The position numbers and the translations under genes were made by a program. Under the pieces are notes generated by a model. The model was not told where the DNA came from and did no database searches. It saw only the letters and a list, made by a program, of their open reading frames with translations. A stretch of 64,000 nt of DNA from Phoronis australis (Eukaryota > Animalia > Phoronida), in the NCBI GenBank assembly GCA_002633005.1, contig NMRA01000133.1, forward strand, positions 285,385-349,384. Direction: 5' to 3'. Within the stretch, counting starts at the first letter, position 1; each line of letters opens with the position of its first letter. Positions 1 to 57,387 of this stretch are shown here, in pieces.

Positions 1-68
1 TCATCACTGTTCACCAGTCCAAGTCAGTTTCAAGGAATAATTACTTTGAAGAACCCATTACACCTTAG

Positions 69-18212
<18,144 letters not shown>

Positions 18213-21200
18213 TGCAAATTGTATCATCGACTGCTCTCAATGCGAGTGCTATTTCCGTGGCAATTGTTGAGCCATGTGTTGTTTGTGTTGTGAAAGTGAA
18301 GGGTAGGAATCTGTGCCATAGTGAAAGTAGTGCGAAAGCAAACACGATGTTTTGTCTAACTCCATTTTCATTGTTTCAGCTGACATCAATGATATTAAGC
18401 CCATGGGGACTGATGGCTGTTTTAGTACATGATGAAAAATGTTGCTTTTCGTTTGGCTTTCGTTAAGAACAGATTTAGGAATGTTAAAATGCAAGTAAAT
18501 GCTAAGCTTTAATTTGAAAAATACAGTGGTAAAATCTCAGCAATTTTGGACAAAATATATTTGCCAAACTCGCACTTTTTTAATTACTCATCAAGGGCTT
18601 GTAACCCGTTGGATGACCACAAATTTTCCAATTGTTATCTGTTGATAGTTATGGTATGGTAATTTTGGCAAAGCATTACGTACGTTGGCATTACATATCA
18701 TTTTCTGAATGTGTGAAAACAAATAAAAGAATATTTTAATAACTAGTGCATGTTTTGATCTGACAGTGTTTTGACCCTGAGAGTTGAACACTGTAGACAA
18801 TACTGCATCATAGACAAGTCAAGTAATAATGACCTGACAAAAAGCTTCCAAATCGCTGTATTTTTACCCACTTATTTGTACTTGTATCAGTTGATCTTCA
18901 GAAATCCGCAAAAATTGGTCTTTACCTTATTGGGATCAGTCACCAGGGGGCGAGACTGTTTCGTCTGCGAGTTGGCTCACCTAGAACTGTCAAACATGTT
19001 ATTTATTTCGCCGACTCGAAGATAGTCTGGAAAAGGGACAATTTACGAGAAAGTGAAGAAGAAATTATCAAAAGAACGTGGTCACCTAGCATTGCTTTTG
19101 ACACTCGATGTTACGGGTTATGCTTTTTCGTCTGAGAATGCTGCATGTGGTTAAATTTGCTGATAATCTTACAGGATCTATGTAAGATAATACATGCTAG
19201 TCTTGGCTTATAAAGTAAATGTTAATGGCATGTTTTGCTGAGGCTGCACAGGGCAGCGCTTTTTAGTCAACGTTGAGTCAGAGGATAGGACAGACATCAA
19301 AGATTGGTATTTGCTCATTTTCTTCACAAAGGTGTTATTGAAAATATTAGCCCATTTTTTCACAAAAAGTGTCTGAAAATATTTAACATGTTACTCACAC
19401 TTTATAGTCATTATCATAATTGTTATAATTGGCTGATCACAAAGAGAGATGAGGAATGATCATGCAAATAGCACAATAATTCTCTACTTTGAGTATGATA
19501 AGCTGAATTATGCCTTAATACGTTCATATTAGGATCATCGTGTTGTACAGAATTATTAAGTTTTATGAATAGTGCCTTTGGCTTGCAATGGGAGGCTTTC
19601 CCAAAGTAATGACATCTTGTAACATGCTGCCCTTACGTGGTTCAGTCACTCATGTGTCTGACCTATGTTCCTAGTCACCTACTCAAAAATTGACAAATCA
19701 CGTGGCATGCTTGAACTGAACTTTAAGATTCGATTGGTCAATTTGGCATATTTGATAGTCGCCAATACAGGTGATCAGGCGAGAAGATGCCATTGGTTTG
19801 GGATAGTGTCTAATTAATCGTGGTTGTCTTAGATATTGTTCTCACTCGGAGAATTCGGCAGGAAAGCTGTAACTGTCTTTCATGTTATTGTTTGTAGCAT
19901 GTGTTTATCATCAGTGTTTTTTAGATTCTATGCTAATGCTTCTTAATGTTTTGCCACTGCTGAACTGTTTGATCATGTGGGGGGTAATCAAAATCAAACA
20001 ATTATGTGTTTAGTTACACTGTCCAATTGGTACAGATGCACGAGAACAGGGTTCACAGAGAACTGCTGTCACTATCTAAGCCCAAAATGATTTGAAAAAT
20101 GTCCAAGTTTGGTTAACTTCAGATCGTATTTTGAAAATGGCGTATGGGTTTCATAGGAATGTTTTCATCTACTTTGCTTCCGGCACTGTTCCTCTGTAAC
20201 TGTGTTAGGAATTGTTTATTAAAATGTTCCGATTTTTCATGAGGGGCTTTCTAAAAATAGAACTTTCATGAGTTTTCTGAAAAAATCAAAAGTCGCATAA
20301 AACAATAACGAAACGAGAATTTTGAAAACTGTATAAACATTTTAGATTTCATCTTGAACATTTATATCATACGGAATTTAGTCATGTTGTCATTTAGTCA
20401 TGTTGTCACCTCTGTTTCACTGAAAAGACATGGTCACATGACTTAACTTAAGGGAGATTGGTTCAAAATTAAATATCAAAATTCTACAGGCTTTCTATAT
20501 TCTGACAGCAGAATTTGAATTTTGATTTTAACCCAGCCATTCATCGGGTCACGTGACCGTGTGTTTTGAAGATGCATTTGCATGCTCCTAACTAGGTTAA
20601 TGTATAGCATGAACTAAATGACAAATTTGAGCATGATCTGTGCTAAATAAAGTGCAGTTGTATTCATTGACAACTTGTAAATGTGAAAACAAAACATTCT
20701 GCAAATAGGTGACCTTTGCACTTATGACATACCTTGGGGGCTCACATAAGCCGCATCATACAGTGTCATGATACTTGCTGGACACGATTGAGTGATTTAC
20801 AGCAGATCACTTTCGACACAAAACTCGTTCTAAAAACATAACGTTAACATCGTCGCTATATGTTGTGCAAGTTCCACTTTAAAAAGATACTAAACCCTGT
20901 TTTGATCATTTCAACCAATCCTCATTCTGTCACCTGCTAATGCATCATTGGCACCAATCTTGAGAGATAAAATGCAGGATTCAACAAAAAACTTGTACTC
21001 CCTATGTATTGGTTCTTGGTGGGTGGTCTTTCTACGTTGTTGTCTTGCAATAGGCTTAAAACATATGTCATACTTGCCCGTCTGAAAGGAATTTTTCAAC
21101 TTTAGAGAATTGTCGAGGGCTGTAGAGCATTGTTTTGTTTTGTGGAATTAGATGGGAGTGTCGGGTTTGATATCATTTTAAATAAAATTTAGCAAAAAAT

Positions 21201-22002
21201 GTACATAGTTAACATAGGAATGGTATCAATAATTTGACCCATGACCAAATTTCAGTAGATATAAATGTTCAATATGAAATCTCAAAAATGTTTTGGTATG
21301 TGCAACTTTTGATTTTTTTTTAAAAAAAAAACATGAAAGTCACATTTTTGACAGCCCTACATGCACAAGTGGAAGACTTAAAAAACAATTCCTTATGCAG
21401 TATAAGACATCGGAACTGAAAATTTCATTTGAATCCGGCTAGTCATTTCTAACATAGGATGTTACAAAATTAAACAAATTTGGACATTTTTCGTGAGTCC
21501 TTCATAAACTTAAAATTTAATTGATTTCTTAAATTTAAGGTGATAGACAACAATAGTGTGTGATGCGATTTTGATGATTTCTGTACAATTCAAATGCCTG
21601 TATCGAATTTTTACGAACATTTCTGTTTGAGTAATTGCTACTTGTGATATACGTCATTCATAATTTCTCATTGAAATTAGTGATGCTATTTGTATTGGAA
21701 TGAACTTGTAAGTGTTGTAATATTAACTTTTGTTTCCAGTCAATGATTTATTTTAAAATGCTTTCTCTCGGCACTTTTTGATGTGTAAATGTTAACATTA
21801 GACCAGTTACCTTTTGTAAAATATAATTGCTCATTCCTTCCTGTTGTGGGAAATAACTTTGTGCTTTGATAGATTTGACAGCATTGTTAGTACTAAAGAC
21901 TGAATGTGTCAATCTCAAAACGACATGGAAATATCTTGCAAACACCACGCCATCTGTTGTTCACATCACATGACCTAATGACTATAAGTCTGAAAAGATT
22001 TC

Positions 22003-22040
22003 TGCCCCCGACCGGGACTCGAACCCAGGACCTTCTGCTA
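22003..22040 (-). mobile_element. tRNA-like 3' half (B box), probable SINE remnant
   Basis: Minus strand AGGTCCTGGGTTCGAGTCCCGGTCGGGGGCA; no intact 5' half. Confidence 0.5.
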
Positions 22041-25000
22041 ACCTACATGGCAGATAGAGGTTAATGACCTTTGTGGTGTCTGAGAATTGATGAAGTTATA
22101 CGCATACATACATAAGTGCCAGAACAGTGAGGTATGCACCTTAGTTCCTGAACTTTCTCTCTAGATCTGTTCCTGCCCAACCAGTTGATTTAGTTCAAGT
22201 CATCTTCGTCTTGGCTTACCTCGTTCACCCCCTTTCCAAATGATAGCATCCAAGATTGCGAAGGCAGTTTCTTCTTACACCCTTGTCCAGGTGGTACGTT
22301 CCAGGATTGAGAAAACAATTCAACTCTTGGGGATTGTAAAACTCTCTGTAGATTTCCTTGTGTGCCCCTGGGTGTTATCAAGCTCATAATTATGTTCCAA
22401 TTTACCTGTCACAAACAAGATGAAAACAAACCTGTACATGTGCTACCATATTTCTGTTTTTCACTTGAAGCATCTATTTGTGGCTACGTAACCACTCCCA
22501 ATATTCATGACTTCTAGTAGCCTGTCTAGTGCCCATATTGTTGTGAATGCCTCTCTACGCTGAATTTCTGCTCCCAAAACCCACGCGGATTCAGTTACCA
22601 GCATTACCAGATTTGTGCAGGTAAAGTTTTGTATAAGATCTGCCCTTTAAATAAATAATTAATTTTTCACTGTCCCACGTTTGTATAATTTTCCCCTCCA
22701 AGTGCGCCTTAATAGATATGTTTGTGTAGCTTATGCTAGAAGTGATGTGAGTGGACACTTTCTGTGAGGCACAGGTTTGAAAAATGAGCTGGGTCTTCTA
22801 CCAGTCCCTGATTTATGCTGTTTGTTGGCCAAAGCAGCAAGTAGAACTTTCAATTTCTAAGTGTTGTCTCTAACCGGTGCAATTATGGTAGTTTTTTGTC
22901 CAGTATTCATTACTTGTCTTCTTAATTGGTTATGTAATTAGACAACACAATGAAGCTGTTGTTAGATTCAGCAGAGGGTTGCAGTTTTGTGTCACTGTTC
23001 TAGACAGGATTCCAGACCAACTAATATTATTGCAAATATTGAGGTTAGTTTTCAGTTTGTGGTAGTGTTGGGGGTTTTGTACATTTCTGCGCTGCATCTC
23101 TGTTCACTGAACTGTAACTCTTCACCTGTCTTATCCTTAAAAAAATTCTTCATACCTCATTATTAGGATGAACGCACACTCACCTAATTTTGAACACCCA
23201 AGTCACTGTCCTGCATCAAATGACATTTGGTCAGAATTTGATTATTTGAATCGATCATGTTTTGGAAATGTATATTGTCAACATTCTGCTGGCTATTGTT
23301 TTTTGCAGGTCTGATTAGCATTATTGTTGTTTGTGATGACTAGTGGTCAATTTCACATGGTATTCTGTCTTCCTTGTGCATCTGTTGGTTAGTTTACCTT
23401 TGTTAAAATTGAATTGAGAATGTATACTTTAAGTAATGTAACATTTTTAGACTGATTTACATCATTTCTGGGACATCTGTATATTTGTCTTGGGTTATCT
23501 TTATGCTTTGACTTTAAAATGTAATCACCACTGACTTGGCAAATATAAAACTGTAACTAGAGACAGTCTTTTTCATTTTCTGGATTTTCTTATCTTCTGA
23601 CATGATGTCAATACCGTTGTTTTTTTCATTCTTGAGTGGGGGTGTATACATAATTGTAAAATCCTCTTGCAAGAAAGTGTTTTCAATTACCCCCTTAACA
23701 TAATGACAGAAAAAGGGAATTATTTTTTGTCAAATAACACATTAAAAATGAGCAAATACTGAATTATGGTAAAGTGTCACCAGTTTAGGTCACAATATGG
23801 CGGACAAGTGAAATTTATGTTTTCATTTGTTTAATAAAAGACAAGTAGCACCAAATAGATGCTGTACCATTTTAGCGGTCCATGTCATAGCTATCTTCAG
23901 ACGTTGTTTCCAGCAATTGTGGACACTCAAAATAATATTAAAAGCTTTTGAAAAATGAAAAAAGACCAGTTTTGACAATTATTTTTGTCCGAAATTGGTG
24001 AGATTTTACTGTAATGTTACTTCAAAACTCCGCAATACTGTTGACCCAAACAGTAAACATTTGTATGATAATTATTGTTTGTAGCTCTGTAGTCGGTCAC
24101 AAAAACGGAAAATGACAATTCTGTGTGCAATAACTGAAAAAATTTTCACAGTTCTTTTAAGTCGGCCATCCTTTGGAAATTGAATATTTTGACTAAGCTT
24201 CGTTTTGTGAAATTTTCAAGAAGAATCAATGGTAAATGTGCCACTCACCAGCACCTTGACATAAGTGCTGCTCCGCCTCTGAATATCGCCAACTGCAGTG
24301 CATTTAAACCAGCGGAACACTTTCTTTGGTAAACATGCAGCTGTGGAACTTAACCTGCCTTCATAACTGTGCAGAGCTTGGACCCCCAATGATTTCCAGT
24401 AGCAGCCATGCTTATGTGCTAAAGCCTCTCATTTCTGTCTACTACATCATCAGTAATCTTATCTTGTTTTGTTAAAGCTTTCCGTTGATTTCACCCTGGT
24501 TACTCCGTCAAGAGGACTGGATTACACCAAACTCTTGCATATCCATGTCAGAAAGCACAACTGAAACTGCACCAAGTTTGTAATCTACTTCCTTTCTCAT
24601 ATGACATAGTAAGGGTGATTGCACGCATCACAGCATCCAGGTATGGCAATATCTATTAAGTTTGTTTGTTATGTGACATCCTGATGTGATTACAAAGGGA
24701 GCCATTGTGTACTAAGGTTATTCCTTGTACTGCAGGTTCACTCTTGTGACCTTGAAAGAGTTGGTCAACATTGGGATATTGTAGTCAGGGATTTTCAATA
24801 GATCTGTTATGTCAGTCTTAAGGTTATACAAATGGATCTCCCCTTGAGGAAGCATGATGATCTGAGCATTTCCTTGTTTGTCGTCAGAGATAAAATCATT
24901 TTTAAGGCTATGGTCCAATCTCTATGATGATTAACCTGAGATAAATGCGGGGGTAAGTAACAGCAAGTTAGTCTCATTGATATTGACCAAGAAAGCCTTA

Positions 25001-27382
25001 GGTTTTGCTCGCTGTGTGTTTTGAGCGGCTTTGTGTAAACCTTCCTTCTGCAAACAATAACTTGATTTAGTGCACTTTCTGGTCTCAACTTGTTCCTTAC
25101 CAGATCAGAAATAAGCGATTTGAGGCTTAGGGCTTCAAAGGGTAAGATCATGGTAGCAATCCTATGTAGACACCCCCACCAGTCGAGATTGGCAACTGAA
25201 TAGGTTTGTATACCTCATAATTTGTGGGCAATGATCAAAGACACCATGCTGTTGTAGTTAATTAAATCGCCTCAGGCTGCTGATTTTATCGTTCACTAGA
25301 TAATCGGACCTATCATAATCACTGTGGAGACGAAAATAGAATTTTTAAATTTTTGTTTTGAAAGTTTTTAAATAGCATATTTAAATAGCTTTCGTATGGT
25401 GCCATGTTGAAAGTGTATGGCGAATATTTGTAATGACTCTGATCTACCTCCACTGCTGATCTGAGTCAGAAAATGTCGAGACCAGTTGCCTGTGACCGCA
25501 CTCACTTAATGTTATTACGCAAGAAACTATACCAGATTGAATGGAAAACAAGCTTGGCAAACTATAGAAAGATAAATTTATTTTAGGGTAGTCTTTTTAT
25601 TACTTGTTCTCTACAAATGTTGTCTGTTAATGAACACAGCGACTGGTTTCCCTCGGCACTAACATCTGAGTTTTGCCAATCATCTCATTTTTTTTCTAAA
25701 CTCTACTCAAGCTGTTCTCTTTTCAAGATCATTTTAGTGTTTTGTTTCTGTGATTGTCATTCTTCAACACGAGGCTCAGGTTATTTCCAGTTATTGTGTT
25801 TTATTCAACTTTTCATTATTTCTCCAAGTGAGGTTTTTATGACATGCGTCACTGCATCAACTGTGGCCAAGCTGCTCCAAAAGTTCCTGTATGTAAGGTC
25901 CTGATGAGTTAGCCTAATGAGGTCGTTACTAAGCTTATAATGGGTAAAGATATGGTTCAGATATAGATTGTGACTAGAAGGGATGCTGATAAAGGCAGTG
26001 CTTATTTTTGACAAACCTGATATTTAGCCAAAGTCAGTATTGACTGACTAAATTCACCATCATTCAATCATACAAAAAAGTTGAATAGCCCTTTAAAAGG
26101 ATATCAAGCCCGGTTTTGGTCTATTGACAAATACCAGAAACAACTTTTCTATCCACTTCTTAGAAACAAAAAAGCATGCTCCAGCTGTAACTCTCAAGAA
26201 CTGTCGAAAGTTTGAGTACAGTTTGAAACCTTTCAAAGTCTGCTATATATAAAAAATAATTGCAGGTGGTCTGATACACGTTGTATCAGACGTGCGCAAG
26301 CCTCGCATGTGGGCCCATTGCACTGATCACCTGGGAATATTTTTATGCTTTATTGATATATGGTTAAAACCGAGCTGAGGAGCTAGAAACCTGGCTCAAG
26401 GGTTTAGCAGTGTGACCTGGTGGGACATGAACAAGTCTGCTATATGGGTAAGCATGACCTACGCTTTTAGTGAATTACACGGCAACTATGGGAAGATACC
26501 ACCCACCGAGGACGGCATAAGGTCCAGTTTGTGAGACGGGTATGAGTTTTTAGTTGGTTCCTGCTTTTACCTTTCCAGACTGACGCCAATGATGCATTAG
26601 CAGGTGACAGAACGAGGATTGGTTGAAATCTTAAAAACGGGGTTTAGTGTCCTTTTAAATTCAATTGTCTAACAGGGATGTCTGGTCATATCTAATCTCT
26701 AATAATTATGTCATAAACTATGTGATTATTGGTAGTCATGATACAGAAAACAGTCGGATACGCCTGTAACGAGAGTTTTACTCCATTTGGGTTTTGTGCA
26801 TAGGTAGGTCTCCTCAAAATGTTTTTCAATTTTTCGGACCAGTGCAAGTCTGTTGTAGCCATCATTGCAGACAATTGATCATTTGAATTTGACAGGTGTT
26901 TGTTGCTGTGGATCATGTTCAATATTGCTGTTATCCGTGGTTCCTTTCTGATTTATAATTTGTATTTTAGCCTGTTTGAATTAATTTTCTTAATTTTTTA
27001 CTTTTTCTTAATAAAGTACTACTGAAAACCGGGCATTAAGTCCAAGAGCCAAACTTATGATTTTGGCCACTCATCACAATAAAATTGGTCTCATTAAGTT
27101 GTTCCGTTCTAAGATGAGAAGCTGAACTTCTAGGTTTACAAAGAAGTGTCATGCATTCAGAACATGATCTGTGCATAAAATGACCTGCTCTGACTGTTGA
27201 GCCAACTTGCCGAGTTTCAAGGAATTAGAAACTTCTGGAATCTCATCCAGTTTCAATAAGTGATCTAAATGAAAAGTTGTTTTTGTAAGTATTGATTGAT
27301 GGCCCTGTTAATGAGTGTTAATTCTACAAAATGGTCATTCTAGAGGTTGTGAAAAGGGCCCGTGGAGCACCGTCTCGTGAGT

Positions 27383-51436
<24,054 letters not shown>

Positions 51437-52152
51437 TAACGCTCCTCTGATCTCAAAGACTGACCCTGACAAAACATCAGGGGTTAATTGTTTTAACTAA
51501 GGTCACTCACCTAGTCGTAGACTGGATGCAGATGGATGCAGCCATGTGATTGCAAATGCAACTATGTATTCAGGTTGGAAGAACCTGAGTGGGCACAGAC
51601 TGTGGCATTCTGTCAGTGGTCTTCATTATGATGACAGCATGTCACACCAATTCACATAGACTAATGGGTTTGCATGCAGAATGCAAGAACCCTCAGTGGC
51701 CAATGCCGTTTTATCATTGTGTCCAAACCGGCGGAACAATACTGAAAACATTTAGTGAAGGAAATAATATGGAGATAACTCAGGGCTGCTTCAAAGATAT
51801 TAAGTCGTCGCTTGACCTTCAGGAAGTGATAAGGTCCGTGTGGCGTAGGTGGGCTCAAACATGGTGTGATACCTTTTACTCAACACCTTGACAACTAAAG
51901 ATTAACTAGCTTTAACCTATCACCAATGGTCAAAATCAACCACCTTGCCTAAAAGTTCATGACCTCGTACCTTTGTTCAAGGACATTTTCTTTCGACATG
52001 AGAGCAGTAATGTTGCTTCCTTCCTACACTTCTACTCCTGTCATTACATTGTTACTGTATTTGCGCTGTAGTCTTAGATTGGTTCTATAGTCAGTTGAAG
52101 CCCCCTCTGTTGGCTTAAGAGCTACAAGTATCTGATTGTCATTCCATATCCA

Positions 52153-52514
52153 CATGTCAAGGTACCTAAACTACGCGGTCAACGGACTCATAAACACGGG
52201 AACGGACTCACAAAACACGATCCATGCACCCAAATACACGGGACACGGACTCATATTCACGACTCGGAGGAAACACGGTTTACGGACAAATGAAGATGTC
52301 AGCTGACCCAGGAAGCCGATGAATCCGTGACCCGTATTTGACGGTCCGTTAACTGTGTTTCCTCGTGAATATGAGGCCGTATCCCGTGGATTTGGGTGCG
52401 TGGATCGTGTTTTGCGAGTCCGTTCCCATGTTTGTGAGTCAGTGGACGGTGTTTGCAGGTCCGTGAGTTGTGTTCATGAGTCCCTTGACTGTGTAGTTTA
52501 GGTACCTTGACATG
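52153..52514. mobile_element. Palindromic MITE of about 360 bp
   Basis: 22-bp perfect TIR CATGTCAAGGTACCTAAACTAC, with imperfect inverted symmetry continuing inward through ACGGACTCA repeats. Confidence 0.8.
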
Positions 52515-53311
52515 CCAGCAACTTTTAAGTCAATGCCAATAACTTTACAAGCAGCCTGTAACAAGGGATTATAATCCAGTGTTACAGGCTGGTTGTATAC
52601 AATTATTGGCATTTTTACTGCAGCTTAAACTACTTTCTGATAGTGGGCATGCAATTATTTCAAATGAATATTTGAGAAAAGACAAAGGATATGATTAGTG
52701 TAGCTGTCTAGAGAAACAGTGGATATGAATGACCTATAAATGTGATTCATGTCATGCTATGTTGAAAGTGTTTTGGTCAGTAAGTGAAATCAAGAACTCA
52801 TGGACTTTTAATAGTCATCGCAACTCCTCACAACACACAGGTATATTTCAGTGAAATTGCAGAATTGTGAAACTCCCCAGAAATGTGAAATGTTAACTCC
52901 ACTCTATGGGAGCAATCACTGGAGTTTGCAATGAGCAACACACGTATTCAAATCAACTACGCCATCTGGTGTTCACTCCCTAAACCTAGTGGTAACTCTG
53001 ATGACTCTATGGGAGAGATGTTAAAGGAACAGGTAGAGGAAGTTGCAATGGATCGATAGACCCGACTTCCCTAATGGGAAAGCAACGTTAATTTAATGAG
53101 ACGGGCCATTTGGCAAATCTTACGCTAACAAGGTTTGCACGCAAGTGAATGAGAAAGCCTGTACTGTTTACCCCAGAGCATTCTACGAAGTCCTTGGCAG
53201 TAAAGGTTTTATGGGGCTGTCACAGATTGAAGTGAGATACCCACTATTCATGGGGTGAATGGCTTAACGTGCTGGATGAGATAATTGCAGAAGTAAACTA
53301 ACACGCCTTAT

Positions 53312-53640
53312 TAGTGCACCTTCTGACTAGTGCAAGTTTGGACTAGTGCACCTTCGGACTAGTGCACCTTCGGACTGGTGCACCTTCGGACTGGTGCACC
53401 TTCGGACTGGTGCACCTTCGGACTGGTGCACCTTCGGACTGGTGCACCTTCGGACTGGAGCACCTTCGGACTGGTGCACCTTCGGACTGGTGCACCTTCG
53501 GACTGGTGCACATTCGGACCGATGCACCTTCGGACTGGTGCACCTTCGGACTGGTGCACCTTCGGACTAGTGCATTTTCCGACTAGTGCACCTTCGGACT
53601 AGTGCATTTTTGGACTAGTGCACCTTCGGACTAGTGCACT
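53312..53640. repeat. 16-bp minisatellite (ACTGGTGCACCTTCGG), about 20 copies
   Basis: Read directly; accounts for the cluster of repetitive ORFs in the track. Confidence 0.93.
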
Positions 53641-56600
53641 GCTCCCGACATGTTGGCAGTTGTGTTACATATTACTTTCATACACATTTAAAACTGAGAA
53701 TATTCACATGTATAATTAATACAATGGCAACATTATACATTTATTGCACAGCAAAAGGCAAAGAACAGTTTACCATAGCACAACAAGTAAATGTTAAACG
53801 TCCCATGTACATCTAAAACATATTACATAACAAATCACTACATCCAAAATAAATTTCAAAAGTTATTTGCTGACAGAAATGTGCTTACACATCAAATATT
53901 CTTCATGATATTCCTGAACAAAACAACACGAGTCCCACTTGCCTTAATGGTCCAATTCTTTACATATAATACATGTACTGGCTTTCACGCAATTTATCGT
54001 GATGTACTGTTCATGGAAAAACCTTAAAGAGTGTACTAAATTACAGTAAAAATTCTCCAGTTTGGGAGTTCATAAAATTTGGGATACATAAATAGAAGCA
54101 GAAATTGAATTTCTTCATTCTGAAGATAGAGACATGGCGAGTTTTGGCATTCGTCATACTTCTCAAATTTTGGACACTGCATTTGTGTATAACAGAGTCT
54201 GAAAACGGACTTGCCAGATCATAACATCACCAAAAATGGGTGCCAACGCAACTCTTCGTGTGTAACATTGTTGCTATTCATAATTCTTGTATTTGGGACT
54301 GCCAATATTGGCTATTTCTAAAATGTGGAACAAGTTCTGACGTTGAACAAAATAATTCATTTTTCACTGTCCCAAGCAAGAATTTTTACCAAATTTTTGT
54401 GTCATTCATATGGCAGCATCTAAATTTTCACACTAAAATACAAAAAAACAGTCAGCAAGACCAGTTGGATTTCAAAAATACGAATAAATATCTTCTCAAG
54501 AAAACAGTGATCAATTTTTGAAGAAAAAAATTACCATTTTCTTTGACTTAACCCCCTGAACTCAGCAGTTCCTACAACACTGTGTACTCCTTATTAATCA
54601 CCAACTGAATTTATAACTAGAAATTTCACTTACTGTAAAAAGTACATCGAAAGTATTCAACACACCATGAGCTACCTTCGCAGTCATGTAACTCATTCAC
54701 TTCAATCAATTAACTTTTAAATCTAGGCTAAGTAATCGATGTGGAAAGTTATAAAATCAAAACCACTGGAAAAATCAATGCAGTCAGGATTTTTAACTTT
54801 TGGAAGTCTCCCATCGGATGTACAAAAAAAAATCTTCAGTGTGTCACCGTCTCCAAAATTTGGGATACCAAATCTAACGTCAAAATTGAATTTTCTTGAG
54901 TATGAAGATGAGGACATGGGCCACTTTGGCATTTCTTATATTTCTCAAATATCAGACATAGTGTTTTATATAAACAGTCTGAAATTAGACTTGGCAGTTT
55001 ATAAAATCATCAAAAATAGCTGGTGACGCAATATTTTTGTACATCCACATAGAGAGTAACATTGAGGTTCTTCCGTTGTCAACTGCAATCCTTGAATTTA
55101 GGGCAACCATATTGCTTATTTCGTACAAGCTCCGACCTTGTCCCAATGACCAACCTGATGCCAATTCCTAGTCTAAATTCAAAGGTTCCTTCATAGTTGA
55201 GAACAGATAAACAGCTTAAAGGAATAGGATTAAGGTTGAATAACCTTATATTGTGACAAACCTCCTCAGATCAATGCTAAGCATAAAGCAATGCATTTTA
55301 TAAATAGACAACCTAGTGGGTTCACACCACATGACATGAACAGACAACACCTTCGATGAGTCAATGTGTTTCTGTGGCGCTATGACAACAGTTGCTACAA
55401 TCTGGGATCATCTTTAGTTTAGTCTGTCTGACGTCAGCAACGTGCTTGATACTACTGTACTGAGGTGCCAATTAAGGTAGGAAGTTGGTAGGATGTGGTT
55501 TGCATCCCATCATAAGTTTTTTGTGCTGATACGCTCCTAAAGCATGGAGAAGTCCTGGTTAATTCCTTAAATATCCAAAACAACTTATCAACTCAACAAT
55601 TCTAATTAGTCCCTTTGAGAGATCCAAGTACAGGGTAAATATCACTTTATCATTCTTGCTGATAAAGTTTTTACGCGCTAGTCTGTAATGAATGTTGAGG
55701 GATGGGATAATGACTGATTTGGCACACAAAATTCTTTTTCATCCAACAAAGGTATCAAGAATAATAAATACATTCAAAAAGATATCATTCTAGAGACGTG
55801 AAAATATCTAAAAACTACAATAAATAAGTCATTTACAAAATAGATTCTGAAAGAAAAATACTAGTCAAAAATACCTTTGATCTAAGCGCTCTGAAGTCGA
55901 AATTTATGCACTTTTCTGCATAAAATGCAATGCGTATTCTGAACTCCTAAATAATCTCAATGTCAATACCAGACCCAGAGGTCAATTTTCAAATAACCAG
56001 AGAACAAAGAAAAATGCAGATCAGGGGCTTGTTTCTCTAATTTAACAACGCTTTTACTGTACGCCACAACTTTCAACTAAGGCCTAAACTTTTTCTATTA
56101 AAAAGTCTAGTCTGTCAAAATCAGCGGGACATCTATTGGTAAGAATCCCAACCCCAAAACCAGCAATTTTCATGGTGGGATTAAAATCATTCTAGATCCA
56201 TATAAATTAACAAAGTATGCTTGACCAGACCACTTGACTACTACATTAGCAAATATTCAGTAATTTTCATTTTCTAATAAAGTGAAACCACGATGACAAT
56301 TAAACCCTTGATATCGGAATAACCTGCCTGGGGATTATTAACCTTATAGAATGCACACATTTTACAAAAATGTAATGTTTGAATGCAACCCGAGCTGACA
56401 GCTGTGGTATAAAATAGGAGCATGCAACACCAACAGACTGGTGTCGTGCACATGTCTTGTCTCTGTTAAAACTTTATTAATCTTACTGCTACCATAACAA
56501 CTATCTAGGACCTCAGGTAGGTTTAAAACAGTGGAAAGTTACAATTAACTAGCGACTTTTTCATTTATGACACAGTGACTAAAGCTATGACAAGCATGAA

Positions 56601-57387
56601 TTTGTCTCACAGCCAAAAAGGTTGTAATTATTCAAGCAGATTTGTTTAAGTCTCATCATTAAAAATCAGGTGAGCGAAACTTCAATAATTGTTATCCTTA
56701 CACAAGCAGCAGACTATCATGACACGATGACACGTCACCTAAGACTGCACTGGCACTGGATTGTTTGCTGGAATAGGGACAATGGTAACAATGAAGTTCC
56801 CGTACTTGTTTGGGCTATTTTTATGCCCAGGTTTGCCTTAACGCCCAACTCCGAACTTTCCAAATTTACTACTTTTAACACACATGGTCAGCAAGAACCC
56901 AAAGTACACAACTGAGACTTCCTTGAAAACGACCCCCGAACTAAACACCAGCCCCTCAATTTATAAACTTACCAACTTAAGCACCCCGGGCTTAATAAGT
57001 AAGGTACATTCCTCAAGCTATTTTGAGGAAAAGAATTTTATTTTTTCTACAACATATCCTAAACTGAAGAATTTTATCGATCACCGTATTTCACTACACA
57101 AGTGTCCGTCTTGAATGACCAGCCAAATAGCCCCATCTATCAAAACCTTGGTTTTGATCAGGAATACAGTTTGGAGGTTTTTTAATAACAATGAATTATT
57201 TAATAAGCGTTTCTAATTATTCATGAAAGTACTATGGATCGAGTTAAAATCGCAGACTGAAGTTGAGATTTGTCACCATAAACTGGATTTAAATATTTAA
57301 TAATTTGAAATAGTGCCAATCTTGACCTGTATGGGGCTTAAACACAGACTGTCCCAGCTTGATACCATAACCTGTAGGTAGGCAGAA

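Noticed and set aside
25900-25940. CTGATGAG hammerhead candidate
   Set aside because: No GAAA after a credible stem II and no stem I; other isolated CTGATGA hits were rejected for the same reason.
53312-53640. CRISPR-like array or repetitive ORFs on both strands
   Set aside because: Contiguous 16-bp units with no unique spacers, no cas genes and a eukaryotic context; the ORFs are artefacts of a stop-poor satellite.
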